IMG/VR virus record: IMGVR_UViG_3300042901_001417
Span: 1-57,777 of that record
Strand: one strand, 5' to 3'
DNA from: a virus
Taxonomy: Duplodnaviria; Caudoviricetes
DNA length: 57,777 bases
The translations under genes and the position numbers were made by a program. How positions within the stretch are numbered: the first letter of the stretch is position 1; the number at the start of each line of letters is the position of its first letter. The notes under the pieces were generated by a model that saw nothing but the letters and a program-made list of their open reading frames with translations, searched no databases and was not told where the DNA came from. Shown here in pieces: positions 49,105 to 57,737 of the stretch.

Positions 49105-49323
49105 ATGAATCAATTCGCAGAACAAATAAAAGAATGGATGAACAGGGAAGGGATGACACTGCGCGCCGTGGCAGCGATGATCGGTATGGATCACGGCAAC
49201 TTGTCGAAAATCCTCAGTGGGCAGCAGGGCGTCACGATCACGCGAGCAGAAGAAATCGCAAACCGTTGCGGGTTCGAGTTTTGCGTCAATCTGAAAAAAT
49301 CTGAAAAAATTGGTGCGGCCTGA
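49105..49323 (+). CDS. Cro-like XRE HTH protein
   Basis: GMTLRAVAAMIGMDHGNLSKILSG; divergent from int/XRE. Confidence 0.8.
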   Translation: MNQFAEQIKEWMNREGMTLRAVAAMIGMDHGNLSKILSGQQGVTITRAEEIANRCGFEFCVNLKKSEKIGAA

Positions 49324-49357
49324 TCTTGTGTTGTCGTATCCGACACCGTAGTATTCC

Positions 49358-49395
49358 ACCCGTTGACTGGTCACTCGGTCAGCGGGTTTTTCTTT
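49358..49395 (+). terminator. Rho-independent terminator after the Cro-like gene
   Basis: ACCCGTTGAC..GTCAGCGGGT followed by TTTTCTTT. Confidence 0.6.
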
Positions 49396-49488
49396 GTCCT
49401 CAGCGACTGAATGTTGCGACCCCTGCGAGATGCGTAGGGAGTGGGGCACGCAAGGAATTTGGAACACCTGTTCTGAAAAGGATGCGAG

Positions 49489-49701
49489 ATGTCTGGAAAT
49501 ACCTCGGCGCTACGCCGCGCCTACCAGTTTGCAGATAGCGAAGTCGCGTCTGCCGCAAAACTGTTGCGGGCTCTCGAATGGGATATGCCTGCCGCCCACG
49601 ATCTTCTCGATGCTGTCCATCAGGTGAATAACCTGCTTCACGGAGACGCTGTTCCGGAAGGAGTTGGTCCTACAGAGACGGAGTTCGAACTGGATGTCTG
49701 A
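49489..49701 (+). CDS. Small hypothetical protein
   Basis: AAAGGA RBS. Confidence 0.5.
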   Translation: MSGNTSALRRAYQFADSEVASAAKLLRALEWDMPAAHDLLDAVHQVNNLLHGDAVPEGVGPTETEFELDV

Positions 49702-49783
49702 CTCAAGATGAGTCGGGCGAGCAATGGACGCGGTTGACAAGGTGTCAACTGCAGCACGATGCTGGAAAAGGAGTATTTTCAAA

Positions 49784-49969
49784 ATGCTGGTACTCACCCG
49801 TAGAGTTGGTGAAGAGATCGTGATCGGCGAAGTTATCCGGGTTAAGATCGTCTCTCAGGACGGCAACAAATTCCGGATCGGGGTGGAAGCCCCTCGCGAT
49901 ATCAATGTGGTCCGGGCTGAACTGGTCGACCCGCAGCCTGTTTATGTTCCCAAGAAGAAGGAGTCCTGA
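49784..49969 (+). CDS. csrA: Carbon storage regulator CsrA (RNA-binding)
   Basis: MLVLTRRVGEEIVIG..RIGVEAPRDINVVRAEL. Confidence 0.92.
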   Translation: MLVLTRRVGEEIVIGEVIRVKIVSQDGNKFRIGVEAPRDINVVRAELVDPQPVYVPKKKES

Positions 49970-49971
49970 AA

Positions 49972-51021
49972 ATGAGTGCAGAGAGTGTAGCGACAACGCT
50001 ACCTGCGAAGAGGCAGTGGAAGCCGATTATGGGGCCGGCACCGCACAGTGAACCGTGGTATGCACTGCGTGTGTATGACCCGGATCGCAAGGGTAGGGAA
50101 GTGGTGATCGGTGCGTCAGAGGCCGCAGCAGCGTGTAACCTGTCGCCGTACAGTTCCGCACTGCAGTTGTTTCTGGAGAAACGAGGTCAACTGCAAACGT
50201 GGCAGCCGGATCCGGAAGCGAAGGAGCGAATGGAGTTCGGGCTGCGGGTGGAGTCGCTGGTTCTCGATGCGTACGCCGATCGCGAAGACTGCGAGATTGA
50301 GAAGCAGTTGCCGATGTTCTTTCATCCGGAGCACGCCTTCTGCACAGCAACACCTGACGGGATTGCTCACCGCATTGAAGATCAGTGGTGTGTGGATGCG
50401 AAGAACAGCAACTGGCGAATGTTCGATGAGACAGGCGAGTCAGTGCATCGGTATGGCCAGGCTGGCACGGATCAGGTGCCTATCACAAATCTCTGTCAGG
50501 CTCAGCAGCAGATGTCTGTGATGGGTCTCGACCGATGCGACTTCCCGGTGTTGAAGGACGGCAACAAACTGCTGATCTACACCGTGCAGCGCAACGACGA
50601 TCTGATTGCTCAGATCATTGCCGCAGAGAAAGAGTTGTACGAGCGGATTCTGCGGAACGATCCCCCGGAGCCGAACTTCGAGCACACCGGAACGGTAAAG
50701 GTGCTGAGCCAGATGTTCGGCTGCAAGGTCGGTGAGGTGGTGTCTCTGACAGAGACTGAAAGCGATCTGTGGCGCAAGTACGAACAGTTGGGCATCACTG
50801 AGAAAGAGGCTCGCGAGGAGCGTGAGGAGATCAAAGCGAAACTGCTGTGGTCTCTCGGTGAGGCGGAAGTTGGTCGGTTCCCTGATATCGCCATGGAACT
50901 GAAGCGAACAGTCGTCAAGGATTCCTTGATCACTGAAAAGGATGTTCAGGATCTGATGGCAAAGGTTGGTCAGGTGGGCCGCAAGGGGCACATCCGGCTG
51001 ACTGCACGGAAAGTTAAGTGA
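49972..51021 (+). CDS. YqaJ / lambda-exonuclease family recombination nuclease
   Basis: IGASEAAA..SPYSS..FG..E..ATPDG..VDAKN..QAQQQM. Confidence 0.88.
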   Translation: MSAESVATTLPAKRQWKPIMGPAPHSEPWYALRVYDPDRKGREVVIGASEAAAACNLSPYSSALQLFLEKRGQLQTWQPDPEAKERMEFGLRVESLVLDAYADREDCEIEKQLPMFFHPEHAFCTATPDGIAHRIEDQWCVDAKNSNWRMFDETGESVHRYGQAGTDQVPITNLCQAQQQMSVMGLDRCDFPVLKDGNKLLIYTVQRNDDLIAQIIAAEKELYERILRNDPPEPNFEHTGTVKVLSQMFGCKVGEVVSLTETESDLWRKYEQLGITEKEAREEREEIKAKLLWSLGEAEVGRFPDIAMELKRTVVKDSLITEKDVQDLMAKVGQVGRKGHIRLTARKVK

Positions 51022-51196
51022 TCTGCAAACCTCTGTAGAACACCGGGTGAAGCTGCTCGAGCAGCCGGTATTGCGGAGGGCTGGGTGCGGTTCTCATTTC
51101 CCCCCAGCGCCTTAGCCCATGTGGTATCGAGCAGCGGCTGTACATGACTTCTCTGCAGCCCCATGTGAGGCATCTTTTCTTAACGGAGCATACACG

Positions 51197-51502
51197 GTGG
51201 ACGTCGTTCAGTGGGTTTGTCAGATAGACGTGGTTCGGAAGGCTCGCGCGGAGGAGCATCCGGACGGGTACATGGCAAGTCATCTGGGGACATACCTCGG
51301 TGGCTGGGCGGCAGGTATTGTCGTTCCGGTTGTGGTGGTGGTGCCTGACGAGATTGTGCGAGCATGGGATGATCACAATCCGCTGACATCGGACTCTATT
51401 AAAAAGCATCTGCGGTTTGTGGATGCGGTATCGGTGGTTCACGTAGGAAACCTGCGTGTGCTTGGCCGGTTGGTCGATCTGCCGTGGGCACAGCAATTAT
51501 GA
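51197..51502 (+). CDS. Hypothetical protein
   Basis: GGAG RBS and GTG start inside the palindrome. Confidence 0.45.
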   Translation: MDVVQWVCQIDVVRKARAEEHPDGYMASHLGTYLGGWAAGIVVPVVVVVPDEIVRAWDDHNPLTSDSIKKHLRFVDAVSVVHVGNLRVLGRLVDLPWAQQL

Positions 51503-51714
51503 CATCCCGCCCATCGTTTGACTTCGACCATCGGTCGTTACTGGATGATTTAACGCAGGCTCTGTTGTCTCATGATGGCAAAGAGTTTCAGGTGAAGCGG
51601 CAGGCGGAAGCCATGTCGGCGTTCCGGAGAGTTGAGTACATGTGTGTTGAGTGCCAGGCAGAGATACCTCCAGGTCGTGAAGGCCGAAAGTGTAAGCAAT
51701 GCCGTGGCTTGTGA
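51499..51714 (+). CDS. Small Zn-finger protein
   Basis: CVEC..CKQC; ATGA coupling. Confidence 0.55.
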   Translation: MTSRPSFDFDHRSLLDDLTQALLSHDGKEFQVKRQAEAMSAFRRVEYMCVECQAEIPPGREGRKCKQCRGL

Positions 51715-51798
51715 TCGCGTACTGGGTTCTGTGTGTGCCGAACCCGTTGTTTTGGGTGTGGTATTTCTTTTGTGAAACAGAAGAGGAGTGAGCAGGGT

Positions 51799-52848
51799 AT
51801 GAGTGGAGAGATGATTCAGCATGGCGGAAGTTCCCAGCAGGGCGCGATGGCGATGGCAACGTCGCGTCAGGCTGCAGAAACGCAGGCCGCTATGATCGTG
51901 GCAAAAAACTACCCACGTGATGAAACGCTGGCCATCAGCCGGCTGCTGAAATCCTGTAAGCGGAAGGGGCTGGCGGAATGCTCCATGTACTCGTACCCGA
52001 AAGGCGGAACCAAAGTCACTGGCAGTTCCATTCGGCTGGCTGAGGCGATGGCTCAGGCGTGGGGCAACATCGATTACGGCGTGATTGAACTGGAGCAGAA
52101 GCCGGGTGAGTCCGTGGCGATGGCTTATGCGTGGGATCTGGAAACGAACACTCGCCGGCAGATGGTGTTCACTGTTCCGCACATTCGGTCGACCAAGCAG
52201 GGGAACGTACTGCTGACCGATCCCCGCGACATCTACGAGATGGTGGCAAATCAGGGTGCTCGCCGCGTCCGTGCCTGCATTCTGGGTGTGATCCCCGGAG
52301 ACATTGAGGATCTGGCTGTCGCTGAGTGCGAAAAGACCCTGAAGGATGGGTCTGGTAAGCCGCTGGATGATCGCATTCGGGATATGGTGATCGCGTTCGA
52401 GGAACTGCGTGTGTCTCGCGAAATGCTTGAGGCGCGTCTGCAACATCCGGTCGCTGCGTGTGTACCACAGGATGTGGTGAGCATGACGAAAATCTACCTG
52501 TCGATTCGTGATGGAATATCGAAGCGGGAAGATTGGTTCGACATGAATGCCGGTGCCGCGAAACTGGCACAGGATGCCGAAGCGAAGGCTGGTGGATCCC
52601 GCACAGAAGCACTGGCAAAGAAGACTGCCCCGAAGAAAGAGAAGCCTGCAGAGGCTCCACCAGAACCGCCACCAGTGAAACCGCTGGTGACTGAGCAGGA
52701 TTTTGCAGAGGCAATAGTGGGTGCAACGAGCGCAGGTGAACTGCAGCAAATATGGGATCAGATTCAGCCAGCTGATCTGGATGGTGACGCAATGACCAGG
52801 CTGTTGACTCTGGTGGAAGTGCGTCATGTGGAGATAAAGCCCCGGTAA
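51799..52848 (+). CDS. Putative ssDNA-annealing/recombination protein (YqaJ partner)
   Basis: AKNYPRDE..YSYPKGG..GSSIRLAEAMAQAWGN..AWDLETN; synteny. Confidence 0.6.
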   Translation: MSGEMIQHGGSSQQGAMAMATSRQAAETQAAMIVAKNYPRDETLAISRLLKSCKRKGLAECSMYSYPKGGTKVTGSSIRLAEAMAQAWGNIDYGVIELEQKPGESVAMAYAWDLETNTRRQMVFTVPHIRSTKQGNVLLTDPRDIYEMVANQGARRVRACILGVIPGDIEDLAVAECEKTLKDGSGKPLDDRIRDMVIAFEELRVSREMLEARLQHPVAACVPQDVVSMTKIYLSIRDGISKREDWFDMNAGAAKLAQDAEAKAGGSRTEALAKKTAPKKEKPAEAPPEPPPVKPLVTEQDFAEAIVGATSAGELQQIWDQIQPADLDGDAMTRLLTLVEVRHVEIKPR

Positions 52849-52936
52849 GCCCCTCCCCACTGCGAAAGAAATCGCCCGTTGCTCCATGCTGCGGTGTGCT
52901 CAGGAGGAGCCGGTGGGGATCTTTTAAGGAGTTGGT

Positions 52937-53233
52937 GTGAAGCAGGTCATCACAGCACAGAACGTCGTGGACCGGATGGCGGCAGGAGACCAGTTAACTC
53001 TGGTGCTCATGACGACGCCACACAAGCAGAGGATGGCCCTGTACAGTCTGAGTGCGGAATACTGGAAGTTTCAGGATGGCTCACGTGTGACCAGAAGCGT
53101 GGTGGCAATGCTGAGGAAACAGGGATTCCTGAAGTGTGTTAGGCAGGGAGACCTGATGGTTGCGAATCTGATTGAGGGGTACGGCGAAAAGCGTGTGTCG
53201 TATGCAATCGATAAAAGAGAGCGGTTCGTTTAA
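52937..53233 (+). CDS. Hypothetical protein
   Basis: AAGGAG RBS. Confidence 0.55.
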   Translation: MKQVITAQNVVDRMAAGDQLTLVLMTTPHKQRMALYSLSAEYWKFQDGSRVTRSVVAMLRKQGFLKCVRQGDLMVANLIEGYGEKRVSYAIDKRERFV

Positions 53234-53244
53234 GGAGAAATACA

Positions 53245-54027
53245 ATGCAGTGTGAGTTGAAAACAATTACGCCGGAATACGCCAGTAGCCTGTTGGTGCG
53301 GAACGTCGGCAACAGGGCGTTGAGTCGATCGCACGTTGAGTCGTTGGCGAAAGAGATGAGGGCCGGGCGATGGAAGGTGAACGGAGATACCATTTGCGTG
53401 AATGGGTCGAGACTCATAGACGGACAGCACAGACTGCAGGCGGTTGTAGAGTCTGGTGTCACCATACAGAGCCTCGTGGTGACGGACCTGCCATCGGATG
53501 TGTTCGACACAAAAGATGTCGGCAAGCGACGAAGCCCCGGAGATACGCTGTCGGTGCTTGGGGTGCCGAATGCAGCACGGTTGGCAGCGGCACTGGCGTT
53601 GGTAGACGCATACTGCACGGGGCGTGGAGATGTCCGGGTTCACTACACCAACACGGAAGTAGAAGGGTTGATGCACAAATACCCGGATGTGATGGCGTCG
53701 ATACAATCAACAGTGAATGGAAAGTCTCTCTTGCAGCCATCGGTGCTGGACGCCTGCCATTATTTGTTTTCGCAAAAAGACAAGGGCCTGGCAGACGAGT
53801 TTGTAGTGAAGGTGTTGAAGGGAACAGGGCTAACCGAGGGGTCGGCATGGTATGTCCTGCGAGAACGACTCGTTGCAAACAGTCTGAGTAAAGCCAAACT
53901 GTCGCGACCATACCTGATGGCCCTGTGCATAAAGGCGTGGAACTGCGAGCGATCTGGTAAGACAGTGCGATGTTTGCGATGGCGAGAAAAAGGCGATGCA
54001 GTGGAGCCGTACCCGGTAATTCATTGA
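53245..54027 (+). CDS. ParB/Srx-like N-terminal domain phage protein
   Basis: ITPE.A..NR..M..G.W..NG..LIDGQHRL. Confidence 0.75.
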   Translation: MQCELKTITPEYASSLLVRNVGNRALSRSHVESLAKEMRAGRWKVNGDTICVNGSRLIDGQHRLQAVVESGVTIQSLVVTDLPSDVFDTKDVGKRRSPGDTLSVLGVPNAARLAAALALVDAYCTGRGDVRVHYTNTEVEGLMHKYPDVMASIQSTVNGKSLLQPSVLDACHYLFSQKDKGLADEFVVKVLKGTGLTEGSAWYVLRERLVANSLSKAKLSRPYLMALCIKAWNCERSGKTVRCLRWREKGDAVEPYPVIH

Positions 54028-54162
54028 GTACCTGGCGCAACCCCGTAACGATGCCACGTCAGTCAAATGCGTAATACGGGCTGAGACCACAGGATGCTTT
54101 GCAAACATCAATGGTCCGTGCCGCTGAGAGGCGGACAATGAAACACTAAGGGAGTGGCGGTC

Positions 54163-54408
54163 ATGATGACAGAAGAACAGAAAGATGAAATCCGGATCGA
54201 CCTGCTGGACACAGTGCAGGATTCCGGACAGTGGCTGACTCGTGCGGAGATTGTGGAACTGTGCTGCGAGAAGCACGGTGGTCCGTTCTATAAGTGGGTG
54301 GAGGCTGTGGGCGCTGCGATTCAGTTGGGCCAGTTGCTGCCGTCTGGAGTAGAGCAGCGTTGTACTGTCTCAGGGTTCCCGGATATGGCGTATCAGGTGA
54401 AACGATGA
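54163..54408 (+). CDS. Small hypothetical protein
   Basis: Coupled to the replication gene. Confidence 0.55.
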   Translation: MMTEEQKDEIRIDLLDTVQDSGQWLTRAEIVELCCEKHGGPFYKWVEAVGAAIQLGQLLPSGVEQRCTVSGFPDMAYQVKR

Positions 54409-55571
54409 TCGAAAATGTAGCGTTCGTGCAACATGCAGAGGAGACGGAGCAGCGTCTGGTGCAGAGGGCTCAGGATGCTGGGCACGCTGCCGCATGGGTG
54501 ATCGGTGAGTGTGCAGCCAAGTGGTACAAGTCATTCGCAGCCGGGCGGATGGATAAAGACTTCGGTGCCATGGTCGACATGACAGGCGATCAGGTCAACC
54601 AGAGGCGGCTGGTGTGGGAGCGATTCGGTGAACGTGGACTGCACAGAGAGTTGCGTGGGCTGTCGTGGTCACATTTCCGAGAGGCGTGTTATTGGGATGA
54701 TGCGGACGACATTCTGACATGGGCATCGCAGGCGGAAGCCACGGTCAAAGAAATGATCATGTGGCGGCGCTCGAAGCATGGTGAGCCGTTGTTCCCGGTG
54801 CTTCATCAGCCGAGAGTTCTGGAGCCCGAGAAGCCAGAGGAGGCGGAAGATAAAACAACCCCCAGGAAGGATGAAGCCTCTACGCGAGTGCCGGCGAGTG
54901 TAAACCGGAATCGAGAGACAGTGGAGAACCCCGACAGAGCGCGCTCCGAAACACTCAAAGAGCAAGCGGCTGCGGGGTCCGGACCTGACACAATCGTGGA
55001 GGTCGACAAGGGGAAGAAGGATAAAGAGGCTGCGGCAGAGGTGATCCTGCAGATCAAGGAGCTCGTGCTGAAGGTGGATCGGATCGCACTGCAGCAGCAG
55101 AAGGAAGCACTGGCAAAAGAACTGTCGAAGTTCGTCGAGCGGGTGCAGCACAAGGTGGAAGCCAAGAAGGCGGATGTGGCTGGCATGGCAGTCAAGGTGC
55201 AGGAGGCATGGAATGCCGTGCCCGGGTTCGTGAAGTGCAAGTCGATGAATGAGTCTCGTAAGGCACACGTGGCTGCGAGGGCGAAAGACCCGTTCTGGAA
55301 AGAGCACTGGCAAGAGGCACTGCAGAGAATCGTCGGCAAGGCGTGGTTTTTGGGCCAGAATCGTACGGCATGGGTGGCCAATCTGGACTGGTTTCTGAGA
55401 CCCGAGGTGGTCGCGAAAATAATGGAAGGCCGGTACGACAACCTGACGTACAGCGCAACACCACTGCCACAGGATTCTGCAGCCAGTCGTCGTGCTGCTG
55501 CAAACAGGGCGGCATTTAATGAGGTTCTTGGATCTACTCCGGTATGTGGGGATGAAGATGCAGTCTTCTGA
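54405..55571 (+). CDS. Replication initiator / replisome-organizer-like protein
   Basis: C-terminal AWN..R..W..NRTAWVANLDWFLRPE..KIMEGRYD; N-terminal LSWSHF helical domain. Confidence 0.7.
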   Translation: MIENVAFVQHAEETEQRLVQRAQDAGHAAAWVIGECAAKWYKSFAAGRMDKDFGAMVDMTGDQVNQRRLVWERFGERGLHRELRGLSWSHFREACYWDDADDILTWASQAEATVKEMIMWRRSKHGEPLFPVLHQPRVLEPEKPEEAEDKTTPRKDEASTRVPASVNRNRETVENPDRARSETLKEQAAAGSGPDTIVEVDKGKKDKEAAAEVILQIKELVLKVDRIALQQQKEALAKELSKFVERVQHKVEAKKADVAGMAVKVQEAWNAVPGFVKCKSMNESRKAHVAARAKDPFWKEHWQEALQRIVGKAWFLGQNRTAWVANLDWFLRPEVVAKIMEGRYDNLTYSATPLPQDSAASRRAAANRAAFNEVLGSTPVCGDEDAVF

Positions 55572-56154
55572 AAACAGTGCGGGCAGAATACAGGCTTTGC
55601 TGCTGGCGTTCTTCGATGTCAGGAACATCACAGTGAGCCCCGATTCGCTGCGAATGTGGATTGATGCTTTCTCAGACATGACCCCACAGGGTATCGAGAT
55701 GGCCATTCGGCGGTTCAACCGAGAGTCGACCGATTATCCAACACCGGCAGCTGTGAGGAAATACGCGGGCGTGGAAGGATTGAATGACGAGCAGCGTGCG
55801 AGTATCGCGTGGGGGACTGTGCGGAAGACAATCGCACAATACGGCGCGTATTACTCGATCGCGTTCGATGACGCGGTGATCCATGCAGCCATCAGAGCCA
55901 TAGGGGGCTGGGAGAGGCTGTGCGAAACTCCGCATGATCAGATGCAGTGGAAACAGAAAGAGTTCGTCAGGGCTTACGTGGAGGCTGCTGGAACTGGTAT
56001 CGGAGACTCGCGACCACTGGCTGGCGTGTTGGGGTTTAAGGAGCGGGCAGATGTGCAGTCGGGGCTCGGGGCGCATCCGACACACAAACGGCTGACAGGT
56101 CCGAGTGAGGTGAAGCAGAGGATTCCGCTGCCGAACCTGAGTGTGGATAGATAA
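55552..56154 (+). CDS. DUF6475 / helicase-loader-like protein
   Basis: YPTPAAV..AW..FDDAVIHAAIRAIGGWERLC..KEFVRAY. Confidence 0.7.
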   Translation: MKMQSSENSAGRIQALLLAFFDVRNITVSPDSLRMWIDAFSDMTPQGIEMAIRRFNRESTDYPTPAAVRKYAGVEGLNDEQRASIAWGTVRKTIAQYGAYYSIAFDDAVIHAAIRAIGGWERLCETPHDQMQWKQKEFVRAYVEAAGTGIGDSRPLAGVLGFKERADVQSGLGAHPTHKRLTGPSEVKQRIPLPNLSVDR

Positions 56155-56235
56155 CGACGGCATTCACCGGGTGTGCGCCGGTGATGTGGAATACATTTCG
56201 GCCCGGTCGCACACTCCGGTGCAATGCTTAGTTAT
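56151..56235 (-). mobile_element. attC-like recombination site 1
   Basis: Minus strand: GCATAAC-5nt-ATTGCACC..GGTGAAT-6nt-GTTATCT; hairpin with two extrahelical bases. Confidence 0.85.
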
Positions 56236-56257
56236 GCTGCTTTGCGGGGGAATCGTA

Positions 56258-56641
56258 ATGTCGTTTCAGATGCGGATACGCGAAATAGATATCAATGTGG
56301 AAACATCTTTGCGAATGGTGAGTTCACCTGCTGAAGCATGGCAGAGAGCGAAACGTCTACTGGATGCCTTTGGGAAAGAGGATCACAAGCCGAATGTGGA
56401 ATGTCGCGTGAATGCCTTCGGTTATGTGATTTGGAACCTTGAAGTGTTGGGAAAACAGAACGGGATAGCGTGGAGAATTCCGAACGGTTGGGACACATGG
56501 GAAGGCGTTGAAACCATGCTAATCGAGTGGCTGACAAAGTCGTATGACGGACAATTACCGCGAGAACTAGGAGTCTTGCGACAGGCGATGAGATCGCTGC
56601 CTGGTGTGCCGACCGTGCTGACAGACGATCGTGGTTTTTAA
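56258..56641 (+). CDS. Cassette A hypothetical protein
   Basis: Fills the attC1-attC2 interval. Confidence 0.6.
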   Translation: MSFQMRIREIDINVETSLRMVSSPAEAWQRAKRLLDAFGKEDHKPNVECRVNAFGYVIWNLEVLGKQNGIAWRIPNGWDTWEGVETMLIEWLTKSYDGQLPRELGVLRQAMRSLPGVPTVLTDDRGF

Positions 56642-56647
56642 GTCAGC

Positions 56648-56731
56648 ATAACGACCAGCGTTCACAGGGCGGAGAGAAATAATGGAAGAACAGAACCTAG
56701 GTGAAGCCGCTCCTGTGCAACGCTTTGTTAT
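56648..56731 (-). mobile_element. attC-like site 2
   Basis: Plus strand: ATAAC..GTTCACAGGGCGG..CCGCtCCTGTGcAAC-GCTTT-GTTAT. Confidence 0.8.
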
Positions 56732-56746
56732 CTGGAGTTTGTCGCG

Positions 56747-56953
56747 ATGGCTGAAGGAACTGAACCTGACGCAGAACAGATCTGTACGCAAGTAATGAGG
56801 TTGCGTGAGATGTGCAAGTGTAGTCAGGATATTGTGGATATCATGGAACTGTTGCCACTGCTGGTGCATACCGATCCACAGGAACAGGAAGCAGCTCGCA
56901 AGGCGATTGTTGAGGTTACGAACCGAACAGGCGGTCATGTGTTTCGGTTCTGA
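56747..56953 (+). CDS. Cassette B protein, paralog of the 46558..47100 C-terminus
   Basis: ICTQVMRLREMCK..LPLLVHTDPQEQEAARKAI. Confidence 0.65.
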   Translation: MAEGTEPDAEQICTQVMRLREMCKCSQDIVDIMELLPLLVHTDPQEQEAARKAIVEVTNRTGGHVFRF

Positions 56954-56962
56954 TTCTTCCAG

Positions 56963-57050
56963 ATAACGCTCGCGATCAGCGGGCACGAGGAGAAAAACTA
57001 TGACTACAGAAAACGGCCAATCGAGTGCTCCGTCTGCATCGCGTTGTTCT
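56963..57050 (-). mobile_element. attC-like site 3
   Basis: Plus strand: ATAAC-6nt-GATCAGCGGGCAC..GTGCtCCGtCTGcATC-5nt-GTTCT. Confidence 0.75.
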
Positions 57051-57239
57051 GCGTGCGACGGGTGCAAGTATCAGCATTTCGAGTCGGAAGGCGGATGGTG
57101 CTATATGTTCCGAAATGAACCGCAAACGCTCCCTTGTGGGCAGCACGACAAGTTTTCCGCCGAACGGAAAGCAATGGGCAGCCTTGTACGCAAGAACCCG
57201 CAAATTTTGGCGTTGATGATTATGGGCATGAGTCGGTAG
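57000..57239 (+). CDS. Cassette C Cys-rich small protein starting inside attC3
   Basis: GAGGAG RBS and ATG lie in the attC loop; CxxCxxC..C..C. Confidence 0.6.
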   Translation: MTTENGQSSAPSASRCSACDGCKYQHFESEGGWCYMFRNEPQTLPCGQHDKFSAERKAMGSLVRKNPQILALMIMGMSR

Positions 57240-57247
57240 TCGTCCGC

Positions 57248-57333
57248 AGAACGCTGCACTTCACCGGGTGGCAGACGGTGGACTTTCTATTCTTTTTGAC
57301 GGAGTCTGCCACTCCGGTGGAAGTGCTTGTTAT
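57248..57333 (-). mobile_element. attC-like site 4
   Basis: Plus strand: AGAAC-6nt-CTTCACCGGGTGGCAGAC..GTCTGCCACtCCGGTGgAAG-5nt-GTTAT. Confidence 0.85.
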
Positions 57334-57355
57334 CGTGCTTTTTGGAGTGCCGGAA

Positions 57356-57538
57356 ATGGATGTTTTGATTTCAGGTCTATTCGTTCTATTTGGCTTCTGT
57401 GTCGTCTTGTACTGGATTGGATGCGGCATTTCTTTGCTGTGGGCTTACAGTCCAGCGCTGACGGTTCTTGCTGGTATCGCAATTTTCGTTGTCTGTATCG
57501 GAGGCGGCGACGGAACAGACATTGGTGGGCACGTGTGA
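57356..57538 (+). CDS. Cassette D small membrane protein
   Basis: GGAG RBS; two hydrophobic segments. Confidence 0.55.
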   Translation: MDVLISGLFVLFGFCVVLYWIGCGISLLWAYSPALTVLAGIAIFVVCIGGGDGTDIGGHV

Positions 57539-57651
57539 GCATGCTGGAAAGACACAGTATCAAGCCGTCGGGCTAGAACCACGGATCGCCGAAACGCGAA
57601 AGCAGAGGCATCAGTCTTGACAGCCGGGAGAGACCGGCATTTTTGGTCACG

Positions 57652-57737
57652 ATAACGACGGCATTCACCGGGTGCCGCAGCCCGGCGTGCAATTCTGAAA
57701 ACGGATGGTGCGGCACTCCGGTGGAATGCTTTGTTAT
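57652..57737 (-). mobile_element. attC-like site 5
   Basis: Plus strand: ATAAC-6nt-ATTCACCGGGTGCCGCA..TGCGGCACtCCGGTGgAAT-5nt-GTTAT. Confidence 0.85.

Noticed and set aside
51550-52887. 445-aa minus-strand ORF
   Set aside because: Shadow of the recombination gene; no motifs.
56151-57737. CRISPR array or simple terminators
   Set aside because: The repeats are ~85-bp variable hairpins separated by 200-400 bp gene-bearing intervals, with no U-tracts and no cas genes. The geometry fits attC.
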